64,000 nucleotides of DNA from Marinobacterium sp. (lineage in GTDB: Bacteria > Pseudomonadota > Gammaproteobacteria > Pseudomonadales > Balneatricaceae): the NCBI GenBank assembly GCA_035458585.1, contig DATHZN010000083.1:10944-74943 (forward strand), written 5' to 3'. Made by a program: the position numbers and the translations under genes. The notes under the pieces are model-generated. The model did no database searches. It had not been told where the DNA came from and was given only the letters and a program-made list of their open reading frames with translations. Of this stretch, positions 19,275 through 29,365 are shown in pieces (the stretch's first letter is position 1; each line of letters starts with the position of its first letter).

Positions 19275-21482
19275 ATGAGTATCCAACAATTTGCGCTGTC
19301 GAAAGTGAGTTGTGCCTCTTGTGTGCGCACCATAGAGCGTGCACTGGAGGCGGAGCCAAGTATCACAGACTACTCCGTCAATTTTGCTGAGCGCACTGCC
19401 AGCATTGAGACTGACGCTGAGCCACAGCAGATCATTGAGGTCATTGTAAAATCAGGCTACGGCGCGTCGATCATTGATGGCGAGGAGGATCTTGAGGCGC
19501 GCGAAGCACAGCAGATCGCCGAGCTCAAACAGCAGTTCCAACATGCTTGGATAGCGCTGGGACTCGGTGCGTTGCTAATGCTGCAGATGATGCTTGATTG
19601 GGTGCCACCCTTGGAGGAGGCAGAGGGTCGTATCTCCGGGGTAATCACAGCCGTGCTAACGCTGGTCGTGATGCGCAAAACAGCGGCGCACATCTATCGT
19701 GGTGCCTGGAGTTCAGCCCAACGACTGCAGTTCAACATGGATACCTTAATTGCACTGGGTACGGGTGCAGCCTGGATCTATTCATCCGGTTTGCTTATTG
19801 CTATGGCTATCGAGCCCGGTTGGATCCCTGATGTAGCCCGTCATCTCTACTACGAAGCGACACTGATGATCATCGGTTTTATCCTCCTGGGGCAGGCGCT
19901 GGAGACGCGAGGGCGCACGCAGACGGCTTCGGCGCTGCGTAAACTGATGCATCTGCAACCAAAACAGGCGTTGCGCGTGCGTGAGGGTGAGGAGCGTATG
20001 GTTAACGTACAGCTTTTGCTTCCCGGCGATCTGGTGCGGATCCGCCCAGGTGAGCGAGTGCCTGTCGATGCTGCGATTGTTGAAGGCGAGACCTATGTTG
20101 ATGAATCGATGCTCTCGGGTGAACCGGTTGCCGTGAGTCGGCGCGTGGGTGACAGGGTAACAGCGGGTACGCAGAACCAACAAGGTAGCCTGCTGGTTAA
20201 AGTGACTGAAGTTGGGTCTAAAACCCGTCTTGCACAGATTATGGATAGCGTTCGTCAAGCCCAGAATACCAAGCCTGAGCTGGGTCGACTGGCGGATCGG
20301 GTCGCGTCGGTATTCGTACCGATAGTCATGTTGATAGCGCTGCTAACTTACGCTCTGTGGACAATTTATGGGCCGGAGCCGAGTTGGAGTTACGCCATAC
20401 TGGCCGCCTTGACGGTGCTTATAGTGGCTTGCCCCTGTGCCTTGGGTCTGGCGACGCCGATGGCTGTGATGGTGGGCGTCGGTCGGGCTGCAGATTTGGG
20501 TGTGCTAATTCGTCAGGGTGATGCTCTTCAGCGAGCTCAGGATTTGACAACAGTCGTGCTGGATAAGACCGGGACGCTGACAGAAGGGTCGCCCAGTTTG
20601 GTGCGGCGCAAGGTGCTCGATACCCGTGCGGAGTCGCAGGCGTGTGCGCTGGCTCAGCGCTCCGAGCATCCATTGGCGCGGGCATTGGCTGAAGCTCTGC
20701 CCGCCTCCGATCTGGTTATAGATCAGTTTAAATCGATCACTGGTGGCGGTGTAAAGGCCGAGATCGACGGTCAGCTAATACACCTGGGTAATGAGCGTTG
20801 GCTGACAGGGGAGGGCATTGATTGTTCGTCCTTGCAGCAACAGGCGCAGGCGTGGGCTGCAGAGGGCTGCTCCCTCGTTTGGCTAGCTGACGCACAGCGA
20901 GCTCTGGCACTGTTTGCACTCAATGATGCGATTCGGGCAGACAGCGAAGCGGCAATTGATCGTCTTCACCGGGCCGGGCTCAAGCTGGTGTTGCTCTCAG
21001 GCGATCACGAGCTGGCGGTTAAAACTCTGGCCTCGCGGCTCAAGATAGATAGTTACAAGGCTGGACTGAAGCCCGAAGATAAGTTGTCAGAGATTCGAGC
21101 CTTGCAGCAGCGCGGTGAGGTGGTTGCGATGGTCGGTGATGGGATCAACGACGCGCCTGCGCTAGCGCAGGCAGATGTTGGATACGCTATGGGCGGTGGC
21201 ACTGATGTAGCGATCGAGTCAGCTGACGTGGTATTGATGCAGAATTCGCTCCAGAGTGTTGCCAATGCCATTCTGTTGTCGCGGGCGACGGTGCGTAACA
21301 TAAAACAGAATCTTTTCGGCGCCTTCATCTACAACACTCTTGCTATACCTGTAGCGGCAGGGGTGCTTTTTCCTTTTGTCGGTGTTCTGCTCAATCCAAT
21401 GATTGCCGGCGCTGCGATGGCACTCTCTTCGGTCACTGTCGTAGCTAACGCTCGGCGCCTGGCAAAAATTGGACTGCATTAA
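19275..21482 (+). CDS. copA: Copper-translocating P1B-type ATPase
   Basis: HMA CASC, CPC, DKTGTLT, SEHP, GDGIND, YN and MALSS motifs. Confidence 0.92.
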   Translation: MSIQQFALSKVSCASCVRTIERALEAEPSITDYSVNFAERTASIETDAEPQQIIEVIVKSGYGASIIDGEEDLEAREAQQIAELKQQFQHAWIALGLGALLMLQMMLDWVPPLEEAEGRISGVITAVLTLVVMRKTAAHIYRGAWSSAQRLQFNMDTLIALGTGAAWIYSSGLLIAMAIEPGWIPDVARHLYYEATLMIIGFILLGQALETRGRTQTASALRKLMHLQPKQALRVREGEERMVNVQLLLPGDLVRIRPGERVPVDAAIVEGETYVDESMLSGEPVAVSRRVGDRVTAGTQNQQGSLLVKVTEVGSKTRLAQIMDSVRQAQNTKPELGRLADRVASVFVPIVMLIALLTYALWTIYGPEPSWSYAILAALTVLIVACPCALGLATPMAVMVGVGRAADLGVLIRQGDALQRAQDLTTVVLDKTGTLTEGSPSLVRRKVLDTRAESQACALAQRSEHPLARALAEALPASDLVIDQFKSITGGGVKAEIDGQLIHLGNERWLTGEGIDCSSLQQQAQAWAAEGCSLVWLADAQRALALFALNDAIRADSEAAIDRLHRAGLKLVLLSGDHELAVKTLASRLKIDSYKAGLKPEDKLSEIRALQQRGEVVAMVGDGINDAPALAQADVGYAMGGGTDVAIESADVVLMQNSLQSVANAILLSRATVRNIKQNLFGAFIYNTLAIPVAAGVLFPFVGVLLNPMIAGAAMALSSVTVVANARRLAKIGLH

Positions 21483-22036
21483 TCGGCAATTGTGACTGAG
21501 TTGATCAGTACGGGTTGCTTCGGCACATCGCGGAAGCGGCCAACGCTGGTTGTCTCCACGGCAGAGATCGCATCAACCACGTCCATACCGCTCGTCACCT
21601 CGCCAAATACTGCGTAACCCGGGCGCGAGCCGCTACCGTCAAGGTTAGTGTTGTTGACGGTGTTGATAAAGAACTGAGATGTTGCGCTGTGAGGCGCATT
21701 TGTGCGGGCCATAGCAATAGAGCCACGGCGATTACTGAGACCATTGTCAGACTCGTTCTGGATCGGTGCACGAGTCTTTCTGGGTTGCAGTGATGAATCC
21801 ATCCCTCCGCCCTGAATCATAAAGCCCGGTATGACGCGGTGAAAAACCAGACCGTCGTAATGGCCTGCCTTCGCATACTCAACAAAGTTGGCAACGGTTA
21901 TCGGTGCACTGGCATCATCGAGTGTCAGCTCGATCATACCGGCGCTCGTCTCCATTTTCACAACAACGTCGGCACTGACATTGACGCTGGTCAGTAGGGG
22001 TAAGCTAACAGCGAGGCTAATAACAAGGTTACGCAT
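21479..22036 (-). CDS. ppiA: Periplasmic cyclophilin-type peptidyl-prolyl isomerase
   Basis: Signal peptide; FHRVIPGFMIQGGG, AMART, SQFFIN, YAVFG. Confidence 0.9.
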   Translation of the reverse strand: MRNLVISLAVSLPLLTSVNVSADVVVKMETSAGMIELTLDDASAPITVANFVEYAKAGHYDGLVFHRVIPGFMIQGGGMDSSLQPRKTRAPIQNESDNGLSNRRGSIAMARTNAPHSATSQFFINTVNNTNLDGSGSRPGYAVFGEVTSGMDVVDAISAVETTSVGRFRDVPKQPVLINSVTIAD

Positions 22037-22096
22037 GCGTCTCTCCGGATAATTGGGTTTAACGCAGACTAGCTAAATTCGACTCTCAGGCCAAGC

Positions 22097-22123
22097 TGAA
22101 CCGTAATTGCGGGCGGCTGCGTA
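22097..22123 (+). promoter_or_regulatory. SigmaE (ECF11/ChrR-type) promoter
   Basis: TGAACC-N16-GCGTA, 26 bp upstream of the 22150 start. Confidence 0.7.
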
Positions 22124-22149
22124 AAGAAGTTAAAAGCTGGAGATTTAAA

Positions 22150-22827
22150 GTGCGTGGACTTCTAACCCTTCTACTTCTTTGCCTGGGGCTGACATCAGTA
22201 CAAGGGTCAACCTTGCAGGTGAAGGCGCAGCGCTACGCTAATACGGTTCATTACGATGTTTTTCGTAATGATGAGCCGGTTGGTGAGTATAGTTTGAGCT
22301 TTGAGCCCTCTGGCGATGCGCTGAAAGTGGCGGTAGAGATGAAAATAGCGACTAGAATTTTTGGTCTGTTTAGTTATGACTATCTCTATCAAGCGACTGA
22401 AGTATGGCAATCAGACAGTCTCGAGTCGCTTGAAGTACGAATGCTAACGAACGGTGATGAAGAGGCTGTTACGGCGGTCCGGCAAGGTGATCGGCTACAG
22501 GTCGTTGATCCAAAAGGGCGTGAGCGACTGCTGCCGGCCAGTCTGTTGACGACTCACCACTGGCTGGATGACATTCTAAGTCAGCCAGAGGTCCTTAATA
22601 CGATTAACGGTAAAGCCAGTAAGTTGAGTGTAAAAGAGGAGCAGCAAGCTGTCTGGATGATCGAAGAGCGCCCAGTTGCGATTCGGGGCTTTCGCCTTGG
22701 TGGCGATTTGGAAAACACCCTCAGCTGGTACGATAGCGAGGGGCGTTGGCGAGGTATGAGCTTTAAAGCCAAAGACGGCTCTACAATTGACGTGCGCTGG
22801 AAGGGTGCTGAAACCACTCGTGGATAG
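22150..22827 (+). CDS. Exported protein, DUF6134-like
   Basis: Signal peptide; YDVFRND..VG, Y.YQATEVW, LNTING, WYD.EGRW pattern. Confidence 0.7.
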   Translation: MRGLLTLLLLCLGLTSVQGSTLQVKAQRYANTVHYDVFRNDEPVGEYSLSFEPSGDALKVAVEMKIATRIFGLFSYDYLYQATEVWQSDSLESLEVRMLTNGDEEAVTAVRQGDRLQVVDPKGRERLLPASLLTTHHWLDDILSQPEVLNTINGKASKLSVKEEQQAVWMIEERPVAIRGFRLGGDLENTLSWYDSEGRWRGMSFKAKDGSTIDVRWKGAETTRG

Positions 22828-22851
22828 CACAGCACGAGCTCAGAGGTTTAG

Positions 22852-23601
22852 ATGGAACGAATATGGATTACCGGTGGTGGCACGGGTATAGGGCGAGAGC
22901 TCGCGCTTGCATACGCACAGCGTGGCTCGCGCGTGTGGATCAGTGGACGTCGCCTGGAAGTGTTGCAGGAAGTTGCTAATGAGGCTCGGGGCTATAGCGG
23001 CGAAGTGCATTGCGCGCCTCTAGACGTTACTGATTCGAGTGCCTGTGAGCAAGTTTGGTCAACAATACTGGACGAGTCTGGGGGAGTCGAACGTGTCATC
23101 CTCAATGCTGGGGATCACAGGGAGATGCCTGTTGAGGCGTTCAGTCAACAGACGATGGAGCACCTGATAAATGTCAATCTTTTTGGTGTGACCCGGTTGA
23201 TCGAACAGGTGCTCCCCTGGATGTTACAACAGGGCGGGCAACTGGCAATTGTTGCCTCTTTGGCGGGTTATCGTGGACTACCTTTGGCGGCAGCATACGG
23301 AGCTAGCAAGGCTGCCCTGATTAATATGACTGAAGCGATGCGAGCGGAGTTAGAGGGAGGTCCAGTAGACTTACGTTTGATCAACCCTGGGTTTGTACGA
23401 ACGCCGCTGACCGACCGTAACCAGTTTGAAATGCCTAGTCTGATTGACGCCGATGTGGCGGCTCAGCGTATCATTAGTGGCCTGGATGGGAAGTGTTTCG
23501 AGATTCGTTTTCCTACAATGTTTGCCGCCACCCTGAGGCTGCTCAGCATGTTACCCTACAGACTCTATTTCGCCTTGATTCGGAAAATCACATCAAAATG
23601 A
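22852..23601 (+). CDS. Short-chain dehydrogenase/reductase
   Basis: TGGGTGIG, NAG, YGASK, INPGFVRTPLT. Confidence 0.92.
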   Translation: MERIWITGGGTGIGRELALAYAQRGSRVWISGRRLEVLQEVANEARGYSGEVHCAPLDVTDSSACEQVWSTILDESGGVERVILNAGDHREMPVEAFSQQTMEHLINVNLFGVTRLIEQVLPWMLQQGGQLAIVASLAGYRGLPLAAAYGASKAALINMTEAMRAELEGGPVDLRLINPGFVRTPLTDRNQFEMPSLIDADVAAQRIISGLDGKCFEIRFPTMFAATLRLLSMLPYRLYFALIRKITSK

Positions 23602-24029
23602 ACCACCCTCATGAAATTGTTTGTCAGGGCTACCTAGAGCTCTTTGCTAATTTGACCCCCGAGCGTATCGCAGAATTTAGTCGCTGGGTGAGTGAGGATG
23701 TTCACTTTCGTGACCCGTTTAATGATGTGCGGGGTTTGAGCAAGATGCAGGCGATACTGGCCGATATGTTTGAACGTACCGATGAACCCAGATTCCGCGT
23801 TCTAGAGCATCGCCTGGGAGGAGACACGGGTTTTGTGCGCTGGCATTTCAGTGCAAGACTCCCGGTGCTGGGTAAGCTTAATGTTGAAGGTGTTTCGAGG
23901 TTGCAATTCAATAACGACGGTTTGATTAGTGAGCATCTGGATTATTGGGACAGTGCTCCTATCTACCTTCAGCTACCGGTGATGGGTTGGGTGTTACGTC
24001 GTCTCAAAGGGAAAATGGCACTTCCTTAA
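23598..24029 (+). CDS. NTF2/SnoaL-like protein
   Basis: F.DPFNDVRG and H.DYWD motifs; ATGA overlap with the SDR stop. Confidence 0.88.
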   Translation: MNHPHEIVCQGYLELFANLTPERIAEFSRWVSEDVHFRDPFNDVRGLSKMQAILADMFERTDEPRFRVLEHRLGGDTGFVRWHFSARLPVLGKLNVEGVSRLQFNNDGLISEHLDYWDSAPIYLQLPVMGWVLRRLKGKMALP

Positions 24030-24558
24030 GTTGGTCAGCACGCTGGAAACTCAGTGTCACGGTACCCAGTGTAAAGCCCCATTTTTTTACATAGGCCCGA
24101 TTAATCATTACGCCGCCCGGCTGAAGCAGCATCCAATCGTCAAAGGTGACTCGCCAGCTCGAGTCACCCACAGGGAGATCAAGCGTGTAAGTCCAGTTTA
24201 GGGCGTTGCCCTGTGCTTCCCCGCGTGCCTCTCCCAGTACATCATCGGCAGTACCTGTGTAGCGGTTATTGCCAGCTGGTTTAATTGTCCAGACGCGCGT
24301 ATCACGCTCACCGTCGTCATAGAGAAAGCGCTCATCAAGTATGAGCCTCTGGCCATCCCAGTCGCCGTCGATTTCAACTTGAAACTGCCGACGAACCTTG
24401 CCAAAACGGTCCTCAAATATTCCCCAAGCGTAGACCTTGCCGTCGAAGTAATCTTCGATTTTCAACACCGGTGTGGGACGACTCAAGCTGGCGATATCCA
24501 TGGTGGTACAACCGTATAACGACAAAGTTATTAGAGCAATGAGGAAAAGACGTATCAT
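24004..24558 (-). CDS. DUF3833-family lipoprotein
   Basis: Lipobox LYGC; YFDG...AWG.FEDR, LDERFLYDDG, FDDWM. Confidence 0.88.
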   Translation of the reverse strand: MIRLFLIALITLSLYGCTTMDIASLSRPTPVLKIEDYFDGKVYAWGIFEDRFGKVRRQFQVEIDGDWDGQRLILDERFLYDDGERDTRVWTIKPAGNNRYTGTADDVLGEARGEAQGNALNWTYTLDLPVGDSSWRVTFDDWMLLQPGGVMINRAYVKKWGFTLGTVTLSFQRADQLKEVPFSL

Positions 24559-24559
24559 C

Positions 24560-25876
24560 TCATCTCCGATTATTTAAGCGCGCGACAATGCGCTGGTGGG
24601 TGGCTTCAGTGAGACTGAAGCGCTGCATCAATGTCACCGCAATGAGTTTGAATACGCAGGGTAAAAAGGCGTAGATCAACGCCAACGCACCGGCCTCTCC
24701 CTCACTTTGGTTAAAACCACTCAGATCCAGCAGGCCAAACGCAAGTAGTGCAGCCAATGCCAGAGCTAGTTTGGTGCATACATTCCACAGAGCAAAGAGC
24801 AGGCCGCTCTGGTCGCGTCCATAGCGTATGCGGTGCCAATCGCACACATCTGCTTGCAGGGCTTGTGGCAATGCCAGATCTGCACCGAGCATCGCACCGG
24901 TGGCAAGACAAATAATCAGAAACCAGCTGAAATCTCCGCTCCCGAGCATCGATGCAGGTAAGAAAGCGATAACGGCTACCAACATAGCACCTTGCCATAG
25001 CCGCTTGCGGCTGCAGTAGTGACTGGCAAACCACCAAAGTGGCAGCGATAGAATGGCCGCGACGAAGTAGATCAATATTAACTGAGCTCTCCCCGCTTCG
25101 TCCGATCCAAGGACTTCAGTGACATATAAGGGGAAGAGTACGCCGGGGATGCCGTTAGCCAGGCCGTTAGAAAACCAGGCGAGCATTAAGGTGCGGGCCG
25201 GGCGATTCCGTAGGACGGTACGAATCTTTCTGGTTGAAGTGATCGCCCTGTGCGCCGGCCACTGCAGCCGAAATACCAATATCCCGAGTGTCAACGCGAC
25301 AAGTACGATCGTTATATTAGTAAGCGCTCTCATTGCTTCAAGCTGCGTCTCGCCGCGAGTAATGAGATAGACAGGTATGGCGGCAGATAGCAGCAGACCA
25401 ACAACCCCCAAACCCTCCCGAAGACTGGCGACCCGGGTCCGACTTTGATGGCTTGAAGTGAGGCCCGGCAGCATTGCTAGATAGGGGATCTGTACCAGCG
25501 TCCAGCCAAAATAAAGCAAGCTAAGGGAGAGTAGTAAGGAGGCCCCTGGCCAGTTATTCACAGGACGCGTGAGCCAGAAAAGTCCCACTGCACAGATTAA
25601 CGCCCCAGTGGTCATCAACAGGCGTTGTTGGCGCGCACTGGCTCGGTCATTTAACGTACCAACCCAGGGGTCGAGCAGCAGGTCGCCGAAACGTGCTAGC
25701 ATCAGCAGTGCGCCGACGAGCGCAAGATCCAGGCCAAACTCCTCTACATAGAGCGTGGGAAGGTAAATGAATAGAACAAGTGTAGGAAGCGCTAGCGGCA
25801 GGGCCGGTAGCGCGTAGATGAGGGTTTGTGAGGGGCTGATGCCTGGATCAGCGGCTGATTTTAAATAACCCCACAT
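24560..25876 (-). CDS. MFS transporter (MelB/GPH-like)
   Basis: About 12 hydrophobic helices, RFGDLLLDP, GADLALP; start codon uncertain. Confidence 0.88.
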   Translation of the reverse strand: MWGYLKSAADPGISPSQTLIYALPALPLALPTLVLFIYLPTLYVEEFGLDLALVGALLMLARFGDLLLDPWVGTLNDRASARQQRLLMTTGALICAVGLFWLTRPVNNWPGASLLLSLSLLYFGWTLVQIPYLAMLPGLTSSHQSRTRVASLREGLGVVGLLLSAAIPVYLITRGETQLEAMRALTNITIVLVALTLGILVFRLQWPAHRAITSTRKIRTVLRNRPARTLMLAWFSNGLANGIPGVLFPLYVTEVLGSDEAGRAQLILIYFVAAILSLPLWWFASHYCSRKRLWQGAMLVAVIAFLPASMLGSGDFSWFLIICLATGAMLGADLALPQALQADVCDWHRIRYGRDQSGLLFALWNVCTKLALALAALLAFGLLDLSGFNQSEGEAGALALIYAFLPCVFKLIAVTLMQRFSLTEATHQRIVARLNNRR

Positions 25877-27083
25877 CGATGGAGCCTTCAGTGAATCCGC
25901 CCTCGCAGTAGGTCAGGTAGTAGAGCCACATCCGGCGGAATCGCTCATCGAAACCTTGAGCCTGAATGCGCGGCCACTGCGCAAGGAAGGAGTGTCGCCA
26001 CTCTGCCAAAGTACGAGCATAGTCCTGTCCGAAGAAGAACTGTTCGTCCAGGGTTAGGTGCGCTTGACTGACCTGATGCTCGAGTTTTTCTGGGCTCGGC
26101 AGCATGCCGCCGGGAAAGATATATTTCTGAATAAAATCCGCGGCCCGGGCATAGGCATCAAAGCGCTCGTTCTCAATGGTGATCACCTGCAGTAGAGCAC
26201 TCGATCCGGGTTTTAAAAGCTCCCGAACTTGCTTGAAATACGTTGGCCAGTGTTCTTGCCCCACAGCTTCGAACATCTCTATAGAGACAATGTGATCGAA
26301 CTGCCCTGACACGTCTCGGTAGTCGATCAGTTGAAATTCTGCCTTGTCTGATAGGCCAGCATCTGCGATCCGCTTCTGGGCGTACTTCAATTGCTCCTTT
26401 GACAGAGTGATACCGGTCACCACCGCGCCAAATTCAGCCGCCGCAACCTCGGCAAATCCACCCCAACCACAACCGATCTCAAGCACCCTTTCACCGGGCT
26501 TAACGTCAAGCATCTGGCAAATACGACGGTACTTGGTGAGCTGGGCTTCCTGCAAGTCATCAGTCTGCTCGTACAGCGCAGATGAATAGGTCATGCTCGG
26601 GTCAAGCCATAGCTGATAGAACTCGTTGCCCAGATCATAGTGGTAGGCGATGTTCTTGCGGCTACCCTTGCGAGTGTTGGAGCGGGCCAAGTGAACCAGA
26701 CGATTGAAGAAGTTCAGCACCGGATGACCTTTCATGACCTCGTCCATCGCGTGCTCATTGCCCAGCGCCCAGCGCACCAGTGCAACAATATCGGGGCTGT
26801 CCCATTCACCGTCCATGTAAGATTCTGCCCAGCCAATCAATCCGCCACGCAGTAGTCGCGATATAGGTTTAAGGCTCTTCAGTCTGACTTCGGCGCGAGG
26901 CTCGCCCGGGTTGGCCTGGCCAAACTGTAGCTCCTTTCCTGACGGGAGAAAAAGACTCAGCGTGCCGTACTCGAGCTCCGGCAAGCGACTGAGTACCTGT
27001 TGAAGGTAGCGGCGGCTGAGCCAGCCCTCTTCAGCTGTAGCTATCTGACTGGGTGTTGTGGTTGAGTATTCAGAGGGTTTCAT
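25848..27083 (-). CDS. cfa: Cyclopropane-fatty-acyl-phospholipid synthase family SAM methyltransferase (CfaS/UfaM-like)
   Basis: NIAYHYDLGNEFY, MTYSSA, LEIGCGWG, SIEMFEAVG, YIFPGG. Confidence 0.92.
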   Translation of the reverse strand: MKPSEYSTTTPSQIATAEEGWLSRRYLQQVLSRLPELEYGTLSLFLPSGKELQFGQANPGEPRAEVRLKSLKPISRLLRGGLIGWAESYMDGEWDSPDIVALVRWALGNEHAMDEVMKGHPVLNFFNRLVHLARSNTRKGSRKNIAYHYDLGNEFYQLWLDPSMTYSSALYEQTDDLQEAQLTKYRRICQMLDVKPGERVLEIGCGWGGFAEVAAAEFGAVVTGITLSKEQLKYAQKRIADAGLSDKAEFQLIDYRDVSGQFDHIVSIEMFEAVGQEHWPTYFKQVRELLKPGSSALLQVITIENERFDAYARAADFIQKYIFPGGMLPSPEKLEHQVSQAHLTLDEQFFFGQDYARTLAEWRHSFLAQWPRIQAQGFDERFRRMWLYYLTYCEGGFTEGSIDVGLFKISR

Positions 27084-27861
27084 GCTGCGAAGCCTCGATT
27101 GTAGAACCGAATGTGATTCGGTTGTTCTGGTCTTTTACTCTGGGTTGAAGTTTTACGCCTTTACGCCACAACTGTAGCGCTTCCCAGTGGATCCCGGCCA
27201 TCACTTTCAACGTCATCAAAGGGTATTTTACGAATACGCCGAATAACGCTTTGTCGTTTAACTCCTGCCGTTCACCTGTAAACATAGCGTGAAGCAATGA
27301 GCTCTGATTCAGGCTTTGGCGGATACATACGGCTACCCGTTCGGCGGGCGGTTGCATTCTGAACTGGTAATCTGCCTGCATAGGCATAAAAGGTGATACA
27401 TAGAAAGCTTTTGCAGCGCGTTGACGTACCACGGTCTCCCCTTCGGCAACGGGTATTAAATAGGTGTGACGTTCGCCAAAGGTGTTAGACACCTCGTAGA
27501 GTATGACTCCCAGCCTATCAGCTTGGTCATAACAGTAGTAGACACTCAGTGGGTTAAAAACAAAGCCCAGAATGCGCGGGTAGCAAAGTAGTTTAATGTT
27601 AGTCTGATATTGCTCAAGCCCGCTCTTGACCAGTAAGCGGCGTATCTGCTGAGTCAGTGGTCGGTCAGTACCATCCCCGTGATCTTTGTTGTGCCAACTA
27701 AAGAGATTAAACCGGTTGACAGAGAAGAGTCGCATTTTGAAACCGGAGCTCTCAATCTCATCCAAATCCAGTAAAGCTGACACGACCCTGTAGATAAAAC
27801 GGTGGCGTTTTGGGGCAAACCGATGATGCATGACCTGCCCAGCGTAGAGGCTGGAGCGCAT
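27070..27861 (-). CDS. DUF1365-family protein (UfaO-like)
   Basis: H.RFAPKRH.F.Y, FNPLSVYY, EVSNTFGERHTY, FYVSPF, IHWEAL.LW. Confidence 0.9.
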   Translation of the reverse strand: MRSSLYAGQVMHHRFAPKRHRFIYRVVSALLDLDEIESSGFKMRLFSVNRFNLFSWHNKDHGDGTDRPLTQQIRRLLVKSGLEQYQTNIKLLCYPRILGFVFNPLSVYYCYDQADRLGVILYEVSNTFGERHTYLIPVAEGETVVRQRAAKAFYVSPFMPMQADYQFRMQPPAERVAVCIRQSLNQSSLLHAMFTGERQELNDKALFGVFVKYPLMTLKVMAGIHWEALQLWRKGVKLQPRVKDQNNRITFGSTIEASQHETL

Positions 27862-29213
27862 CAGGCAACGGCTCCTTTCTTCCCAGATGCCAGCGCTGGC
27901 GCATGAATCCTGCTATTCGGATCATCAAGTTGCCAGGGTCTGCGAATGCGTCCCAGGTTCTCTGCTACCGCCAGGCCTGACTGCAACCCATCCTCATGAA
28001 AACCATAACCAAACCAGGCGCCGCAGAACCAGGTGTTTTGGGTGCCCTGAATTGACCAGAGCTCTCGCTGAGCATCGATGGAGTTCATGTCAAAAACTGG
28101 ATGATCGTATAGATAGCTTCCCAGAATAGTGCCATCGGCAGGCTCATCGATCGGATTAAGAGTAACGAATACATCCTTGCTTGTATTTAAAGGCTGGAGC
28201 TTATTCATCCAATAGGTAACAGCCAGATCATCGCTCTCTGCGTCGGAGCTTGCCAAGTAATTCCAGGCAGACCAGGCCGAGCGTCGTTTGGGCATTAGGC
28301 GCTCGTCAGTGTGCAGAATGGCACGGTTGCGCTGGTATGGAAAGGCTGTTAGCAGACGCTTCTCATCGGCGGTTGGTTCAGCTAATAGCGCGAGTGATTG
28401 ATCTGCATGGCAAGCCATAACAACCTGATCGAACTCTTCACGATGGCCATGGTGATGTTCTAGGATAACCTTGTTATTGAAACGATGCACCTTGTGAATA
28501 TGGGCGTTGAGTCGGATTTTTCCCTCAAGTTCTTGAGCAATTTTATCAACATAGTTGCGGCTTCCGCCCACAACTGTGCGCCACTGTGGTCGATCGTTGA
28601 GCTGAACCAATCCGTGATTCATGCAAAAACGCATGAAGGTTAGGGCTGGGTAATCCAGCATCTTATTGCCGGGCGTCGACCAAATGGCTGCACTCATTGG
28701 TATGAGGTGGTCGTAGATAAAGGTTCTACTATACCCTTCTCTTTTCAGCAGCTGTCCGAGCGACAAACTCACTATGCTCGGGTCGTTAAGCAACCTGTCT
28801 GAGTTACGATAGAAACGTAAAATGTCCGCAAGCAACCGCCAATGTCTAATGGAGCTTAGGTGGCTTCGTTGTGCAAAAAAGCCGTTCAGGCCGGAGCCAC
28901 TGTACTCCAGACGACCCCGGTCGATGGATACCCCGAAAGTCATATCGGTTTCGGCGTTATCGACTCCTAAGTGATCAAATAGATTAATTAGATTCGGGTA
29001 GTTGACAGGGTTGTAAACTATGAACCCCGTGTCTACGCCTCGTTTACCTTCGGGCGTATCAATATCAACCGTGTGCGAGTGGCCGCCAAGGCGATCATCC
29101 TTTTCGAACAGGGTGACGTCGTGGCGCTGGTTTAGCAACCAAGCGGCTGACAGACCTGAGATCCCCGAGCCGATAACTGCAATTTTCAGCGGTTTAATAT
29201 AACGAACGTTCAT
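27861..29213 (-). CDS. FAD-dependent oxidoreductase (amine oxidase-like, UfaD-like)
   Basis: GSGISG, GGHSHT, VDTGFIVYN..NYP, WSAWNY, GYGFHEDG; ATG at 29213 after AAGGA. Confidence 0.9.
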   Translation of the reverse strand: MNVRYIKPLKIAVIGSGISGLSAAWLLNQRHDVTLFEKDDRLGGHSHTVDIDTPEGKRGVDTGFIVYNPVNYPNLINLFDHLGVDNAETDMTFGVSIDRGRLEYSGSGLNGFFAQRSHLSSIRHWRLLADILRFYRNSDRLLNDPSIVSLSLGQLLKREGYSRTFIYDHLIPMSAAIWSTPGNKMLDYPALTFMRFCMNHGLVQLNDRPQWRTVVGGSRNYVDKIAQELEGKIRLNAHIHKVHRFNNKVILEHHHGHREEFDQVVMACHADQSLALLAEPTADEKRLLTAFPYQRNRAILHTDERLMPKRRSAWSAWNYLASSDAESDDLAVTYWMNKLQPLNTSKDVFVTLNPIDEPADGTILGSYLYDHPVFDMNSIDAQRELWSIQGTQNTWFCGAWFGYGFHEDGLQSGLAVAENLGRIRRPWQLDDPNSRIHAPALASGKKGAVA

Positions 29214-29251
29214 CTGATTCCTTTGGATTTCCATGCGATTGACAGGGATAC

Positions 29252-29278
29252 TACGCTGGCTGTTATGTTGGTGGATCA
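29252..29278 (-). promoter_or_regulatory. SigmaE (ECF11) promoter for the oxidoreductase-DUF1365-cfa-MFS-DUF3833 operon
   Basis: Minus strand TGATCC-N16-GCGTA, a consensus match. Confidence 0.85.
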
Positions 29279-29327
29279 TTGCGAATAAACTAGCTTGTGG
29301 GGGTAATGAGGGCTATTGTGAGTGTAG

Positions 29328-29353
29328 TGATCTAGCACTTTCATCCCACCGTA
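29328..29353 (+). promoter_or_regulatory. Autoregulatory sigmaE promoter for rpoE-chrR
   Basis: TGATCT-N16-CGTA. Confidence 0.7.
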
Positions 29354-29365
29354 TAGGAGCAGCAT

